From positions 29,855 through 93,854 of the forward strand of contig JAJPJL010000126.1 of the NCBI GenBank assembly GCA_021324255.1: a stretch of DNA of 64,000 nucleotides, written 5' to 3'. The notes beneath the pieces are model-generated. The model was not told where the DNA came from and searched no databases. It saw only the letters and a program-made list of their open reading frames with translations. This document shows, in pieces, positions 17,750-28,295 of this stretch. The position numbers were made by a program, and so were the translations under genes. Position 1 is the first letter of the stretch. Every line of letters starts with the position of its first letter. Source of the stretch: Bacillota bacterium. Its GTDB lineage: Bacteria; Sysuimicrobiota; Sysuimicrobiia; Sysuimicrobiales; Segetimicrobiaceae.

Positions 17750-19579
17750 ATGGCGAGACGTGCGTCACGGCACGTGTGGCTTGCAGGCATCCTGATCCTC
17801 GCGGGCGCGCCGGCCGGCGGCCCCGCGGCGGCGCAACCGTTCTCGGACCGCGCCGCCCCGGCCTGGGTCTCGGCCGCGGTCCGCACGCTTGTCCGCGACG
17901 GCGTGGTGGCGGGGCCCGCGGCCGACGCGCAGGTCGCTCCGCTCCTCCGCGATGGTCGCGCTCACGTCACGCGCGCGGAGGTCGCGGTATGGCTCGCGCG
18001 CGTCCTCCCGTTGATTGCGAACCGGCTGCAGGCGTCTCCTCCCGCGGGTCCGATCTCGCGCGCCGACCTCGCCGCGCTGCGCCGCCTCATCGACGAATTT
18101 CAGGCCGAGCTGGCCTCGCTGGATGTCCTGACGGACGTGCTGCGGCGGCAGGTGACCGATCTCCAGCCGCTGCCGAGGCAGGTCAGGATCAGCGGCGATG
18201 TCCGTCTCCGGTACGAGCTCAGCCGCACGGCGCTCAACAACCCCGGGTTGGGCCCGATCGCGCCGTCGAGTGGCCAACCGCTCCTCAACCTGGCAAGCTT
18301 CCGGGCCCGCCTGGAGTTCGACGGCGGCCTGACGGATGACGCCCGGTTCCGGCTGCGGCTGACGACGTTCAACCAGATCGGGACGACCGCCGGGACGTTC
18401 AGCATCGTCAACGCGCCGCCGGCGGGCCAGCTCAACTCCATGTTCCTCCCGTTCAACAGCGGGCAGCAGGCGTCGATGACGATCATTGACATGTTCGAGT
18501 TCGACTGGGAGCGCGCGTTCGGGCTTCCGCTCGAGCTCCAAGCCGGCCGCCTCGGCGGCGATACGTGGTTGCCGCGTAACGGCGATCCACTGTACCCCGT
18601 GTCTCCGCCGCCCGGCCGCATCTCGCTCCTGCGGCTGGGCCCGATCGGACTCCTGCTCGACACCGCGAAGGATGTCATCGGCGAGCGCAGCCTAGAGACC
18701 TACGGGGTGGACGCGCTCGTGGCGAGCTACCGTCCCGACGGCTTCCGGGTGCAGGCGCTGCTCGGCGGGACGGGCGGCGTAACGTTCGCGGGTGGCAGGG
18801 TCGAGAGCGTGGTGGCGCCCGGCGTGACGGTCGGGGCCAATTTTCTCACCGACGCCTGCGACCCGGGCGGCGGCGTGAACAACGCGGAGCTCGTATCCGA
18901 CCTGACGCTGCTCGGCGCCGGCAAGGGCGTCGCCCAATGTTCCTTTGTCTGGTGGGGGGCGCAAAACGGATGGGTGCCGGCCGCCAATGCCGGCACGACG
19001 AGCCCGATCACCAACATTCCCGGGACCGGGTACGGCGCCGACATCGACGCGGCGCTCGCGCCCAACCTGCGCCTGCAGGGCGAGATCGCCTGGTGGTACG
19101 ACCCCGCGGCGCAGACGACGGGGCTCGGCTGGCAAGTGCAGGCGGTCCTGGGGCACGCGGGCGGGCGGACGCCCGCCGTGGTGCTCGGCTATCAATCGTT
19201 CGATTCGGCGTTCTATCCGGCGTACGGCGGCGCTGAGGATCCCGTCGTCGGCTTCATCTGGCCGGGCGGCTTCCGGGACGCGTTCGGGATCATCGACCTG
19301 CCGCCGCTGGCGGGGTGGACGCTGTCCGCCGGGTACGAGACCGGCACGTCGCTCGGCGTCGGCCCGCAGCCGGGGGCGGTCGGATTTGGCGGCCCGGCGT
19401 TTGCGAACGCCGTGTGCGAGAGCTGCCTCGGCTCCGGCCAGCCGTTCTCCGGCTGGCTCGCCGCGGCCGCCCACGCGGTCGGCGGGAACGCGACGGTGCG
19501 CCTCTACTACTATTCGTGGCAGCTGAACGGCGCCTCGCAGGACGACACGTACCGCGTAGAAATCGACTACCGCTTCTAA
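17750..19579 (+). CDS. SLH-domain outer-membrane beta-barrel protein (OmpM/Slp-like porin)
   Basis: Signal peptide, an SLH motif (FSDRAAPAWVSAAVRTLVRDGVVAG), a coiled-coil segment, then an amphipathic beta-rich C-terminal half ending in ...YRF. Confidence 0.6.
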   Translation: MARRASRHVWLAGILILAGAPAGGPAAAQPFSDRAAPAWVSAAVRTLVRDGVVAGPAADAQVAPLLRDGRAHVTRAEVAVWLARVLPLIANRLQASPPAGPISRADLAALRRLIDEFQAELASLDVLTDVLRRQVTDLQPLPRQVRISGDVRLRYELSRTALNNPGLGPIAPSSGQPLLNLASFRARLEFDGGLTDDARFRLRLTTFNQIGTTAGTFSIVNAPPAGQLNSMFLPFNSGQQASMTIIDMFEFDWERAFGLPLELQAGRLGGDTWLPRNGDPLYPVSPPPGRISLLRLGPIGLLLDTAKDVIGERSLETYGVDALVASYRPDGFRVQALLGGTGGVTFAGGRVESVVAPGVTVGANFLTDACDPGGGVNNAELVSDLTLLGAGKGVAQCSFVWWGAQNGWVPAANAGTTSPITNIPGTGYGADIDAALAPNLRLQGEIAWWYDPAAQTTGLGWQVQAVLGHAGGRTPAVVLGYQSFDSAFYPAYGGAEDPVVGFIWPGGFRDAFGIIDLPPLAGWTLSAGYETGTSLGVGPQPGAVGFGGPAFANAVCESCLGSGQPFSGWLAAAAHAVGGNATVRLYYYSWQLNGASQDDTYRVEIDYRF

Positions 19580-19724
19580 TACGGCCCGCCCCATCCGGGT
19601 CGTGCCACCGGACGGGAGACCTCCGGACTCGCGATCGCGTCCCACAGCTTCGCGTATACTGGTGTCGGCGTCATGAGCCGCCACCCGGCTCGGCGAGCCA
19701 CCATTCGCATGGAGGTGAGCACCG

Positions 19725-21671
19725 TTGCCAGCGCTCCGCACCGCGCCGTACGGCTCGTGGAAGTCTCCGATCACGGCGGATTTCATCGTGTCGGGGACGA
19801 TCGGGCTGGATCAAGTCCGGCTCGATGGGGACGACGTGTACTGGATCGAAGCGCGGCCGGCGGAGGCGGGGCGCCACGTCATCGTGAGGCACCGGCCCGG
19901 CGGCCGGACCGCGGACGTCACGCCCCCCGGCATGAACGCGCGCACCCGCGTGCACGAGTACGGCGGCGGCGCGTACACGGTCCACCGGGGTGTCGTGTAT
20001 TTTTCCAACTTCGCGGATCAGCGGCTGTTCCGGCAGGAGCCGGGCGCGCCGCCCCATCCACTCACGCCCGCGGCGGACATGCGATACGCCGACGCGATCG
20101 TGGACGTCCGGCGTGAACGGTTGGTGTGCGTGCGCGAGGATCACACGACCGGGTCGGCCGAGGCGGTCAACACGATCGTGGGCCTCCCGTGGAACGGCGA
20201 CGCGCATGCCGGGGGCCAGGTGCTGGCCGGGGGCAACGACTTCTACTCGTCGCCGCGCCTCAGTCCCGACGGGTCCCGTCTCGCGTGGCTGACGTGGAAC
20301 CATCCGAACATGCCCTGGGACGGGACGGAGCTGTGGGTCGGCGATCTGGCGCCCGACGGCTCGGTCGCGCGCGCGGCGCGCGTTGCCGGCGGTGTCACGG
20401 AATCGGTCCTGCAGCCGGAGTGGACGGCGGACGGCGCGCTCGTGTACGTGTCGGACCGGACGGGTTGGTGGAACCTCTACCGGTGGCACGACGGCCGCGA
20501 CGAGGCGCTGTGCCCGATGGCGGCGGAGTTTGGCGGCCCGCACTGGGTCTTTGGCATGTCGCGATACGCCGTCATGTCCGACGGGCGGCTGATCTGCGCC
20601 TACCGGGCGCCGTCGGCCGGCGGCCTCGGGGTGCTGGATCCGGCGACGCGCCGTCTCGAGACCGTCGACACGCCGTATGCGGCCATCGAGAGCCTCCGGT
20701 GCTCCGGCCCGCACGCCGTCTTCGTCGGCGGCGGCCTCGACGCGTTCCCCGAGGTGGCGCGGCTCGATCTGCGCACGGGGCGGACGGAGACGCTGCGCCG
20801 CGCGGCGGAGCACCGGCCGGATCCCGGATACCTCTCCCGGCCGGAGACGGTCGAGTTCCCGACGACCGGCGGGCGCAGGGCGTACGCCTATTTCTATGCG
20901 CCGCGCAATCGGGACGTCGAGGCCCCGGCCGGCGAGCGGCCGCCGCTGCTCGTGACGAGCCACGGTGGTCCGACGGGCGCGGCGTCGCCGGTGCTCAACC
21001 TGTCGGTGCAGTACTGGACGAGCCGCGGGTTCGCCTATCTCGACGTGAACTACGGCGGCAGCACCGGCTACGGCCGGGAGTACCGCGAGCGGCTGTACGG
21101 CCAGTGGGGCGTGGTGGACGTCGACGACTGCGCGAACGCCGCGGCCCACGTGGTGCGGCAGGAGCGCGCCGACGGCGGCCGGCTCGTTATTCGCGGCGGG
21201 AGCGCGGGCGGGTACACCACGCTGTGCGCCCTGGTGTTCCGCGACGTCTTTCATGCCGGGGCCAGCCACTTCGGGATCGCCGACCTCGAGGTGTTTCGCC
21301 GGGACACGCACAAGTTCGAGTCGCGCTACGATCAGCACCTGATCGGGCCGTATCCGGCCCGGCGGGATCTGTACCGGGCGCGCTCGCCCATCCACTTCCT
21401 CGACCGCCTGGCGCGGCCGCTGATCCTCTTCCAGGGGCTCGAGGACAAGATCGTGCCGCCGAACCAGGCCGAGATGATGTTCGAAGCGGCCCGGGCGAAA
21501 GGGCTGCCCGTGGCCTACCTCGCGTACCCGGGGGAGCAGCACGGGTTCCGGAGAGCGGAAAACATCAAGCGGACGCTGGAGGCGGAGTTGTACTTCTACG
21601 CGCGGATCTTCGGATTCGCGCTCGCCGATCCCGTGGCGCCGGTGCCGATCGAGAACCTGTCCGGCGCCTAA
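19725..21671 (+). CDS. S9 family peptidase (prolyl oligopeptidase / acylaminoacyl-peptidase type)
   Basis: N-terminal beta-propeller region and a C-terminal alpha/beta hydrolase with the catalytic GGSAGG serine motif. TTG start. Confidence 0.85.
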   Translation: MPALRTAPYGSWKSPITADFIVSGTIGLDQVRLDGDDVYWIEARPAEAGRHVIVRHRPGGRTADVTPPGMNARTRVHEYGGGAYTVHRGVVYFSNFADQRLFRQEPGAPPHPLTPAADMRYADAIVDVRRERLVCVREDHTTGSAEAVNTIVGLPWNGDAHAGGQVLAGGNDFYSSPRLSPDGSRLAWLTWNHPNMPWDGTELWVGDLAPDGSVARAARVAGGVTESVLQPEWTADGALVYVSDRTGWWNLYRWHDGRDEALCPMAAEFGGPHWVFGMSRYAVMSDGRLICAYRAPSAGGLGVLDPATRRLETVDTPYAAIESLRCSGPHAVFVGGGLDAFPEVARLDLRTGRTETLRRAAEHRPDPGYLSRPETVEFPTTGGRRAYAYFYAPRNRDVEAPAGERPPLLVTSHGGPTGAASPVLNLSVQYWTSRGFAYLDVNYGGSTGYGREYRERLYGQWGVVDVDDCANAAAHVVRQERADGGRLVIRGGSAGGYTTLCALVFRDVFHAGASHFGIADLEVFRRDTHKFESRYDQHLIGPYPARRDLYRARSPIHFLDRLARPLILFQGLEDKIVPPNQAEMMFEAARAKGLPVAYLAYPGEQHGFRRAENIKRTLEAELYFYARIFGFALADPVAPVPIENLSGA

Positions 21672-21718
21672 CGCGTCCGTTGCCCGTCCCTCGATGCGGC
21701 GATCACGGAGGAACGCAG

Positions 21719-22558
21719 GTGTCCCCCCGCGCGCGCAGCGAACATGACGGGCGGTGCGCCGGCGGGCGAGGACCCGGTGTGCCGGAGGGGCGGGTGGCAC
21801 TCGACGACGCTCGCGGACGCCGGTGGTGGCGAGACCACGGCGCGCTGGCGATCGCCCACCGGGGCGGAGCGCGATACGCGCCCGAGAACACGCTTGCGGC
21901 GTTTCGACTCGCGCTCGCGGACGGCGTGCCGGCGGTCGAATGCGACGTCCAGCAAACCGAGGACGGGCGCGTGGTCGTGATCCACGACCAGACCGTCGAT
22001 CGCACGACGAACGGCCGGGGGCGCGTCGCGTCGTTTGCGTTCGACGCGCTGCGGCGGCTGGACGCGGGCGGCTGGTTCGGCGCCGGGTTTGCGGGCACGC
22101 CGATCCCGACGCTCGACGAGGTCCTCGATCTGGTGCGCGGGCGCGCCCTGCTGCAGATCGAGATCAAAAACGCGCCCACCTTCTACGAGGGGATCGAGCG
22201 CCGGGTCGTCGATGCGGTGCGCCGGCGCGGGATGGAGGAGGACGTGCTCCTGATGTCCTTCGACCACGTGAGCGTGCGGACCATGCGCGAGCTGGCTCCG
22301 CGAAGCCCGTGCGGCATCATCTACGCCGCCCGGCTCGTGGACGGTGTCGCCGCGGCGCGCGCGGCGGGCGCGGATGCGCTGTGCCTCCACTGGGCGTTCG
22401 CGACCGCGGACGTGATCGCCGCGGCGCACGGCGCGGGGCTGCGCGTCCTGGTGTGGACCGTCGACGACGAGGCGGACGCGCACGCGTGCCTCGCGGCGGG
22501 CGTGGACGGGCTGACGTCGAACGATACCCGCCTGCTTCGGCGGCTGCTGCCGGCGTGA
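21719..22558 (+). CDS. Glycerophosphodiester phosphodiesterase (GDPD/UgpQ-like)
   Basis: Catalytic motifs HRG (IAHRGG), ENT and EcDV. The GTG at 21719 is preceded by GGAGGA at a 6-nt spacing. The longer ORF-track frame (20126-) overlaps the S9 peptidase. Confidence 0.8.
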   Translation: MSPRARSEHDGRCAGGRGPGVPEGRVALDDARGRRWWRDHGALAIAHRGGARYAPENTLAAFRLALADGVPAVECDVQQTEDGRVVVIHDQTVDRTTNGRGRVASFAFDALRRLDAGGWFGAGFAGTPIPTLDEVLDLVRGRALLQIEIKNAPTFYEGIERRVVDAVRRRGMEEDVLLMSFDHVSVRTMRELAPRSPCGIIYAARLVDGVAAARAAGADALCLHWAFATADVIAAAHGAGLRVLVWTVDDEADAHACLAAGVDGLTSNDTRLLRRLLPA

Positions 22559-23454
22559 CGGGGCGAACCCGGACCCGCTTCGCGCCCGCGCGCGCGCTCG
22601 TGCAGGCGCTCGCGTACCTCGTGCCGTCGCTCCTGGTGTTTGCGGTGTTCGTGTTCTACCCGCTCGCCCGGAACGTGCAGCTCAGCCTGTACGACACGAC
22701 CCCGTTCGGCGGGCTGAGCCGGTTCGCCGGCGCCGGGAACTACGCGGAATTGCTCCGCTCCGGGGAGTTCCTCGGCAGCCTCCGCGTCACGGTCCTCTTT
22801 GCCGTGTACACCGTCCCCGCGGGGCTCGTGTTGGGCCTGCCGCTCGCGCTGCTGGCCAACCGCCGCATGCGCGGCATCGCCGCGTTTCGCACCGCGTACT
22901 CGTTTACGATCGCGGTCAGCATCGCCGCCGCGGCCCTCATCTGGGAGTGGATGTTCGACCCGAACGTCGGCATCCTGAACTACCTGCTGTCGCTCGTGCA
23001 CGGGCCGCGCATTGGATGGCTCACGGACCCGCATTGGGCCCTGCCGGCGGTGGCGGCCACGACGGTGTGGCAGAGCCTGGGGTTCGACGTCGTGGTGCTC
23101 CTCGCCGCGCTCCAGGGCGTCCCCGACGAGCTGGTGGAGGCCGCGCGCATCGACGGCAGCGGCCAGTGGGCGGTGTTCCGGCACGTGGTGGTCCCCGCGA
23201 TCTCGCCGGCGCTGTTCTTCGTCGGGGTCGTCGCCACGTTGGGCGTGCTGCAGTCGTTCGGCCAGATCCACATCCTCACGCAGGGCGGCCCGGTCGGCGC
23301 CACCAACGCCATCGTGTACTCGATCTACCGCAACGCCTTCTTCAACTTCCGCTTCGGCCTGGCCGCCGCGCAGGCGATGGTGCTGTTCGTGCTCGTGCTC
23401 GCGTTCACGACGCTGCAGTTCGGGGTGTTCGAGCGGTGGGTGAGCTACGGGTGA
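22555..23454 (+). CDS. Carbohydrate (CUT1) ABC transporter permease, UgpA-like
   Basis: Six transmembrane helices and an EAA-like loop (VEAARIDGSGQW). The GTG overlaps the GDPD stop (GTGA). Confidence 0.85.
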   Translation: MTGRTRTRFAPARALVQALAYLVPSLLVFAVFVFYPLARNVQLSLYDTTPFGGLSRFAGAGNYAELLRSGEFLGSLRVTVLFAVYTVPAGLVLGLPLALLANRRMRGIAAFRTAYSFTIAVSIAAAALIWEWMFDPNVGILNYLLSLVHGPRIGWLTDPHWALPAVAATTVWQSLGFDVVVLLAALQGVPDELVEAARIDGSGQWAVFRHVVVPAISPALFFVGVVATLGVLQSFGQIHILTQGGPVGATNAIVYSIYRNAFFNFRFGLAAAQAMVLFVLVLAFTTLQFGVFERWVSYG

Positions 23455-24350
23455 CGCCGGCGTCCGCGACGCGCGCGTCCGAGGTCGCGGCGGCCGCTGC
23501 CGGCCGGCGGCCCGCGCGTGCCCGGGCGGTCCGCCGCGCCGCTCCGCGCGTCGGGCTCGGCGCCCTGATGGTGGCCGTGGCGCTCATCGTGCTCTTCCCG
23601 CTCTTGTTTGCGCTGTCGACGAGCCTCAAGGGCGGCGCCGAGGTCAACCAGTACCCGCCGACGTTGTGGCCGCATTCGTTGGACCTCGGCAACTACACCG
23701 CGGCGCTCCAGCAGGCGCCGCTCGCGCGATTCCTGCTCAACTCCCTGATCCAATCGGGTGCGATCACGCTGGGCCAGCTCCTCACGGCGTCGCTCGCCGC
23801 GTTCGCCTTCAGCTTCATGGAGTTCCCGGGGCGGCGGTGGCTGTTTTTCCTGTTCCTCTCCACGCTGATGATCCCGGGCGAGGTGACGCTCATCCCCAAC
23901 TACCTCACGGTGCGCTCATTCGGATGGCTGGACACGTACCCCGGGTTGATCGCGCCGTACCTGGCGACCGCGTTTGGGACGTTCCTGCTCCGGCAGTTCT
24001 TCCTGACGATCCCGCGCGAGCTCGCGGACGCGGCGCGGATCGACGGCGCGTCCCGCCGGCGGTTCCTGTGGACCATCGTCGTGCCGCTCTCACGGCCGGC
24101 GCTCGCCACGCTCGCGATCTACGCGTTCCTCTCGTCCTGGAACCAATACCTGTGGCCGCTGCTCGTCATCAATTCGACGGAGATGCGGACGGTCCAGATC
24201 GGGCTCGCGCTGCTGCAGTCGCAGGAGATCCTGTCGTGGAGTCTGGTCATGGCCGGGGTGATCCTGATCATCCTGCCGACGGTCGTCCTGTTCGTCTTCG
24301 GGTACCGCCATGTGGTACGCGGGCTGACGGCCGGCGCCGTCAAAGGATAG
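23451..24350 (+). CDS. Carbohydrate (CUT1) ABC transporter permease, UgpE-like
   Basis: EAA motif ADAARIDGAS. GTGA overlap with the upstream permease. An internal ATG about 40 codons downstream is possible. Confidence 0.85.
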   Translation: MTPASATRASEVAAAAAGRRPARARAVRRAAPRVGLGALMVAVALIVLFPLLFALSTSLKGGAEVNQYPPTLWPHSLDLGNYTAALQQAPLARFLLNSLIQSGAITLGQLLTASLAAFAFSFMEFPGRRWLFFLFLSTLMIPGEVTLIPNYLTVRSFGWLDTYPGLIAPYLATAFGTFLLRQFFLTIPRELADAARIDGASRRRFLWTIVVPLSRPALATLAIYAFLSSWNQYLWPLLVINSTEMRTVQIGLALLQSQEILSWSLVMAGVILIILPTVVLFVFGYRHVVRGLTAGAVKG

Positions 24351-24476
24351 CGCGCGTCCGGCGCACCTCCGATCGCGAATCGCGGGCACGCCCCGGGCGC
24401 CGGCAACGACGCGCCGGCGGCGGGCGCGAACAGCGCGCCGGTCCGCGCGCGTACTCAGTGGGGAGGGGGTGACAGC

Positions 24477-25829
24477 ATGAGGGTCAAGGTGACACGGCGG
24501 CGGTTCTTGCGGGCCGCGGGGGCGGCGGGGCTCGGGGCCGCGGCGGGGCGGCTGCGGCTGCCGAACGTTTCGGCGCAGACGCCGGTCCGCATCGCGTTCT
24601 GGCACGCGATGGGCGGCAACCTCGGGGATACCGTCATTCGCGCGTTCGTCAACACGTTCAACGCGTCGCGCAAGGACATCCAGGTCACGGCGCAGTTCCA
24701 GGGCAGCTACGACGATCTCATCAACAAGCTGCGCGCCTCGCTCGGGTCGTCGTCCGTCCCCGCCGTGAGCCAGGTCTACGACATCGGCACGCGGTTCATG
24801 ATCGACAGCAAGGCCGTGGTCCCGGTCCAGGACTTCATCGACCGCGAGAAGTTCGACCTGACGCAGTTCGAGCCGAACATCCTCGCCTACTACCGCGTGG
24901 GCGGGCGCCTGTATTCGATGCCGTTCAACACGTCCACGGCGATCCTGTACTACAACAAGGACATGTTCAAGCAGGCCGGCCTGGATCCCAACCGGCCGCC
25001 GCGGACCTTCGACGAGATCGAGGCATCGGCCGCGAAGCTGGTGCGCAGCGGCGCCACGCGGTCGGGGATCACGATCGCGATCTACGGCTGGTTCTTCGAG
25101 CAGCTGCTCGCCCGCCAGGGGGCGCTCTACGCGAACAACGGCAACGGCCGCGACGCCCCGGCCACCGCGGTGGCGTACGATCACGAGGAAGCAGGCGCGC
25201 GGATCCTGGAATGGTGGGCCCGCATGATCAAAAGCGGCGTCGCCACCAACCCGGGGCGCCCCACGGCCGCGAGCCAGCGCGCGTTTGCCGCGGGCCAAAC
25301 CGCCATGACCATGGACTCCACCGCGGTCGTCCGGAGCCTGCTCACGCAATCCGGCGGCCGGTTCCAGATGGGCACCGGCTACTTCCCGAAGCCGCCGGCC
25401 GCCGCGACGGGCGGCAGCATCGTCGGCGGCGCGTCCGCCTGGATCTTGAGCGGGCGGCCGCCCGTCGAGCAGCAGGCGGCGTGGGAGTTCGTGAAGTTCA
25501 TCAGCGAGCCGGCCCAGCAGGCGGCGTGGTACGTCGGCACCGGCTACTTCCCGGTTCGCCGGGACGCGTATCACGAGGCTACGGCGCAGCAGACCCTGGC
25601 GCAGTTTCCGCAGTTTCTGACCGCGATCAGCGAGCTGCGCAGTAGCCCCATCAACCGCGCCACCCAGGGGGCCCTCCTGGGGGTGTTCCCCGAGGCCCGG
25701 CAGAAGTCCGAGGACGCGATCGAGGCCACGGTGCTCGGCCGCAAGACGCCGCAGCAGGCCCTCGCGGACGCCGCGCGCGACGTCAACCAGGCCATCGCCG
25801 TCTACAACCGGACGATGGGAGCGAAGTAG
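24477..25829 (+). CDS. ABC transporter substrate-binding protein (UgpB-like, sn-glycerol-3-phosphate/glycerophosphodiester-binding), Tat-type signal
   Basis: Twin-arginine leader ([18 protein letters not shown]) on a family-1 solute-binding protein fold. Confidence 0.85.
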   Translation: MRVKVTRRRFLRAAGAAGLGAAAGRLRLPNVSAQTPVRIAFWHAMGGNLGDTVIRAFVNTFNASRKDIQVTAQFQGSYDDLINKLRASLGSSSVPAVSQVYDIGTRFMIDSKAVVPVQDFIDREKFDLTQFEPNILAYYRVGGRLYSMPFNTSTAILYYNKDMFKQAGLDPNRPPRTFDEIEASAAKLVRSGATRSGITIAIYGWFFEQLLARQGALYANNGNGRDAPATAVAYDHEEAGARILEWWARMIKSGVATNPGRPTAASQRAFAAGQTAMTMDSTAVVRSLLTQSGGRFQMGTGYFPKPPAAATGGSIVGGASAWILSGRPPVEQQAAWEFVKFISEPAQQAAWYVGTGYFPVRRDAYHEATAQQTLAQFPQFLTAISELRSSPINRATQGALLGVFPEARQKSEDAIEATVLGRKTPQQALADAARDVNQAIAVYNRTMGAK

Positions 25830-27340
25830 TGGGACGCCGCGGCCCCTACGTCGCGGCGATCGATCAAGGCACGACCGGGACCCGCTGCATGGTGGTCGAC
25901 GCGGCGGGGCAGCCCGTGGCCTCCGCCTACGCGGAGCACGCGCAGATCACGCCGCGGCCGGGGTGGGTGGAGCACGATCCGGAAGAGCTGTGGGCCGTCG
26001 CCTGCGGCGTCGTCCGGGAGGCGCTCGGCCGGGCCGGCCTCGGCGCGGGGGAGCTGGCGGGGCTCGGCGTGACCAACCAGCGCGAGTCCACGGTCCTGTG
26101 GGAGCGGCGCACCGGGGCGCCCATCTATCACGCGATCGTCTGGCAGGACACCCGCACGCGGGACGCGTGCGAGCGGTTGATCCGGGAGGGGGCCGAGCCG
26201 TTCGTCCGCGCGCGCACCGGCCTCCCCGTGGCCACGTACTTCTCCGCGCTCAAGGCGGCCTGGATCCTCGACCACGTGCCGGGGGCGCGGGCGCGCGCGG
26301 AGCGCGGCGAGATCTGCTTCGGCACCGTCGATTCCTGGCTGATCTGGCGGCTCACCGGCGGCGCGGACGGCGGGGTGCACGTGACCGACGTCACGAACGC
26401 GTCGCGCACCCACCTCATGAACCTGCGCGCCGGCGCCTGGGACCCGGACCTCCTGGCGCTGTTTCAGATCCCCGCCGCGGTGCTTCCCGAGATCCGCGGC
26501 AGCAGCGAGCGCTACGGCGCCACGCCGGCCGCCGGCGCCGTGGGCGGCCGGGTCGAGGTCTGTGCCGACCTCGGGGACCAGCAGGCGGCGCTGCTGGGCC
26601 AGGCGTGCCATCGCGCGGGCGACGCCAAGAACACCTACGGGACCGGATGCTTCGTCCTGCAGCACGTCGGGGCGGAGCCGGTGGCGAGCCGCCGCCTCAT
26701 CGCGACGGCCGCCTACGCGCCCCGCGGTGCGGCCGCGTTCGCCCTCGAAGGGTCGATCGCGGTCGCCGGCGCGGCCGTGCAGTGGCTGCGCGACAATGTG
26801 GGCCTGATCCGCGCGGCCGCGGAGACCGCCGAGCTCGCGGCCTCCGTGCCGGATTCGGGCGGGGTGTACTTCGTGCCCGCGTTCTCGGGCTTGTTTGCCC
26901 CGCATTGGGACATGACCGCGCGCGGCGTCATCGTCGGCCTCACGCGCTACGCGACGCGCGCCCACCTCGTGCGCGCGACGCTGGAGGCCATCTGCTATCA
27001 GACGCGCGAGGTGGTCGAGGCGATGGTGGAGGACGCCGGGCGCGGCCTCGCCGCGCTGCGCGCCGACGGCGGGGCCGCGCGCAACGACACGCTGATGCAG
27101 CTGCAGGCCGACATTCTCGGCGTCCCGGTGGTCCGCCCAAAGGTCAGCGAGACCACCGCGCTGGGCGCCGCGTACGCCGCGGGCCTCGCGCAGGACGTGT
27201 GGGCGTCCCCCGAGGCCGTCGCGGAGCACTGGGCGGCGGATCGCGTCTTCGAGCCCCGCTCGGTGCCCGGGCGCGATCGCGGATACGAGGAGTGGAAACG
27301 GGCCGTCGAGCGTGCGCGCGGCTGGCTCGCGGGCCCGTGA
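25829..27340 (+). CDS. glpK: Glycerol kinase
   Basis: FGGY family signature ([10 protein letters not shown]; strong conservation throughout). The GTG overlaps the SBP stop (TAGTG). Confidence 0.95.
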   Translation: MGRRGPYVAAIDQGTTGTRCMVVDAAGQPVASAYAEHAQITPRPGWVEHDPEELWAVACGVVREALGRAGLGAGELAGLGVTNQRESTVLWERRTGAPIYHAIVWQDTRTRDACERLIREGAEPFVRARTGLPVATYFSALKAAWILDHVPGARARAERGEICFGTVDSWLIWRLTGGADGGVHVTDVTNASRTHLMNLRAGAWDPDLLALFQIPAAVLPEIRGSSERYGATPAAGAVGGRVEVCADLGDQQAALLGQACHRAGDAKNTYGTGCFVLQHVGAEPVASRRLIATAAYAPRGAAAFALEGSIAVAGAAVQWLRDNVGLIRAAAETAELAASVPDSGGVYFVPAFSGLFAPHWDMTARGVIVGLTRYATRAHLVRATLEAICYQTREVVEAMVEDAGRGLAALRADGGAARNDTLMQLQADILGVPVVRPKVSETTALGAAYAAGLAQDVWASPEAVAEHWAADRVFEPRSVPGRDRGYEEWKRAVERARGWLAGP

Positions 27341-27383
27341 GCGACAATGACGCCCGCTCCGATCGGGCGCTGGAGGTCGAACC

Positions 27384-28295
27384 GTGGCGCGGTCTCTCAA
27401 TCCGTTCACGCTGCCGGGGCAATGGTACCGCGGCATGTTCCACTGTCACACGACCAACTCCGACGGGGCGCGGTCCGTCGAGGACGCGGTGCGCTGGTAC
27501 GCGGACCGCGGCTACGACGTGCTGGCGATCACGGATCACAATCAGCTGACGCAGGCCGCCCTGGCGGCGGGCAGCCGGATGCTCGTCGTCCCGGGGACGG
27601 AAGTCGACGCCGGGCGGTCGCGCCTGGGCGAGCCCTATCACCTCGTCGGCATCGGGCTCGCGGAGATGATCGACGTGCCGCGCGAGGTCGCGGCCCGGCA
27701 CGGGCTCCCCGCGCAGACCGTGGTCGACCGCCTGCGGCGCGCCGGCGCCGTGGTGTTCGTCGCGCACCCCTACTGGAGCGGGCTGGTCGTCGACGACCTC
27801 GTGGCGCTCGACGGCATCGCCGGCTTGGAGGTCTACAACACCAACACGGAGGTGGACGTCGCCAAGGGCGACGGGAGCGTGCACTGGGACGACTGTCTCA
27901 GCGCGCGCAAGCCCCTGTACGGCGTGGCGAACGATGACACGCACTGGCGCATGGGCGACGCGGGCCGGGCCTGGACGATGCTCCGGGCGGACGGCCTGTC
28001 CGGCGCCTCCGTGACCGCGGCGCTCGCGTCGGGGGCGTTCTATGCCTCGACCGGGGCCGCCCTCGAGGACGTGGCCTTCGACGGCGAGACCGTGGCGGTC
28101 CGCGTCGCCGAGCCCGGCGCCGCGGAGATCCGCTTTGTGTGCGACCGCCGGTGGGGCCGGCGGGTCGCCGCCGACGGCGCGCCGCTGCGAGAGGCCGCGT
28201 TTGCGTTGCGGGGCCCCGAGCGCTATCTGCGCGTCCAGGTCGTCGGTCCGGCCGGCGAGCGGGCCTGGACCAACCCGTTGTTCGTGGAGCGGTAG
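27384..28295 (+). CDS. PHP-domain metal-dependent phosphoesterase (CehA/McbA-like)
   Basis: N-terminal HCHTTNSDG PHP motif plus later His/Asp metal ligands. Confidence 0.7.
   Translation: MARSLNPFTLPGQWYRGMFHCHTTNSDGARSVEDAVRWYADRGYDVLAITDHNQLTQAALAAGSRMLVVPGTEVDAGRSRLGEPYHLVGIGLAEMIDVPREVAARHGLPAQTVVDRLRRAGAVVFVAHPYWSGLVVDDLVALDGIAGLEVYNTNTEVDVAKGDGSVHWDDCLSARKPLYGVANDDTHWRMGDAGRAWTMLRADGLSGASVTAALASGAFYASTGAALEDVAFDGETVAVRVAEPGAAEIRFVCDRRWGRRVAADGAPLREAAFALRGPERYLRVQVVGPAGERAWTNPLFVER

Noticed and set aside
20126-21718. Long upstream extension of the GDPD reading frame (810-aa ORF-track entry)
   Set aside because: It overlaps the S9 peptidase throughout and has no GDPD-related sequence. 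The GTG at 21719, with a GGAGGA SD, gives a normal-length enzyme.
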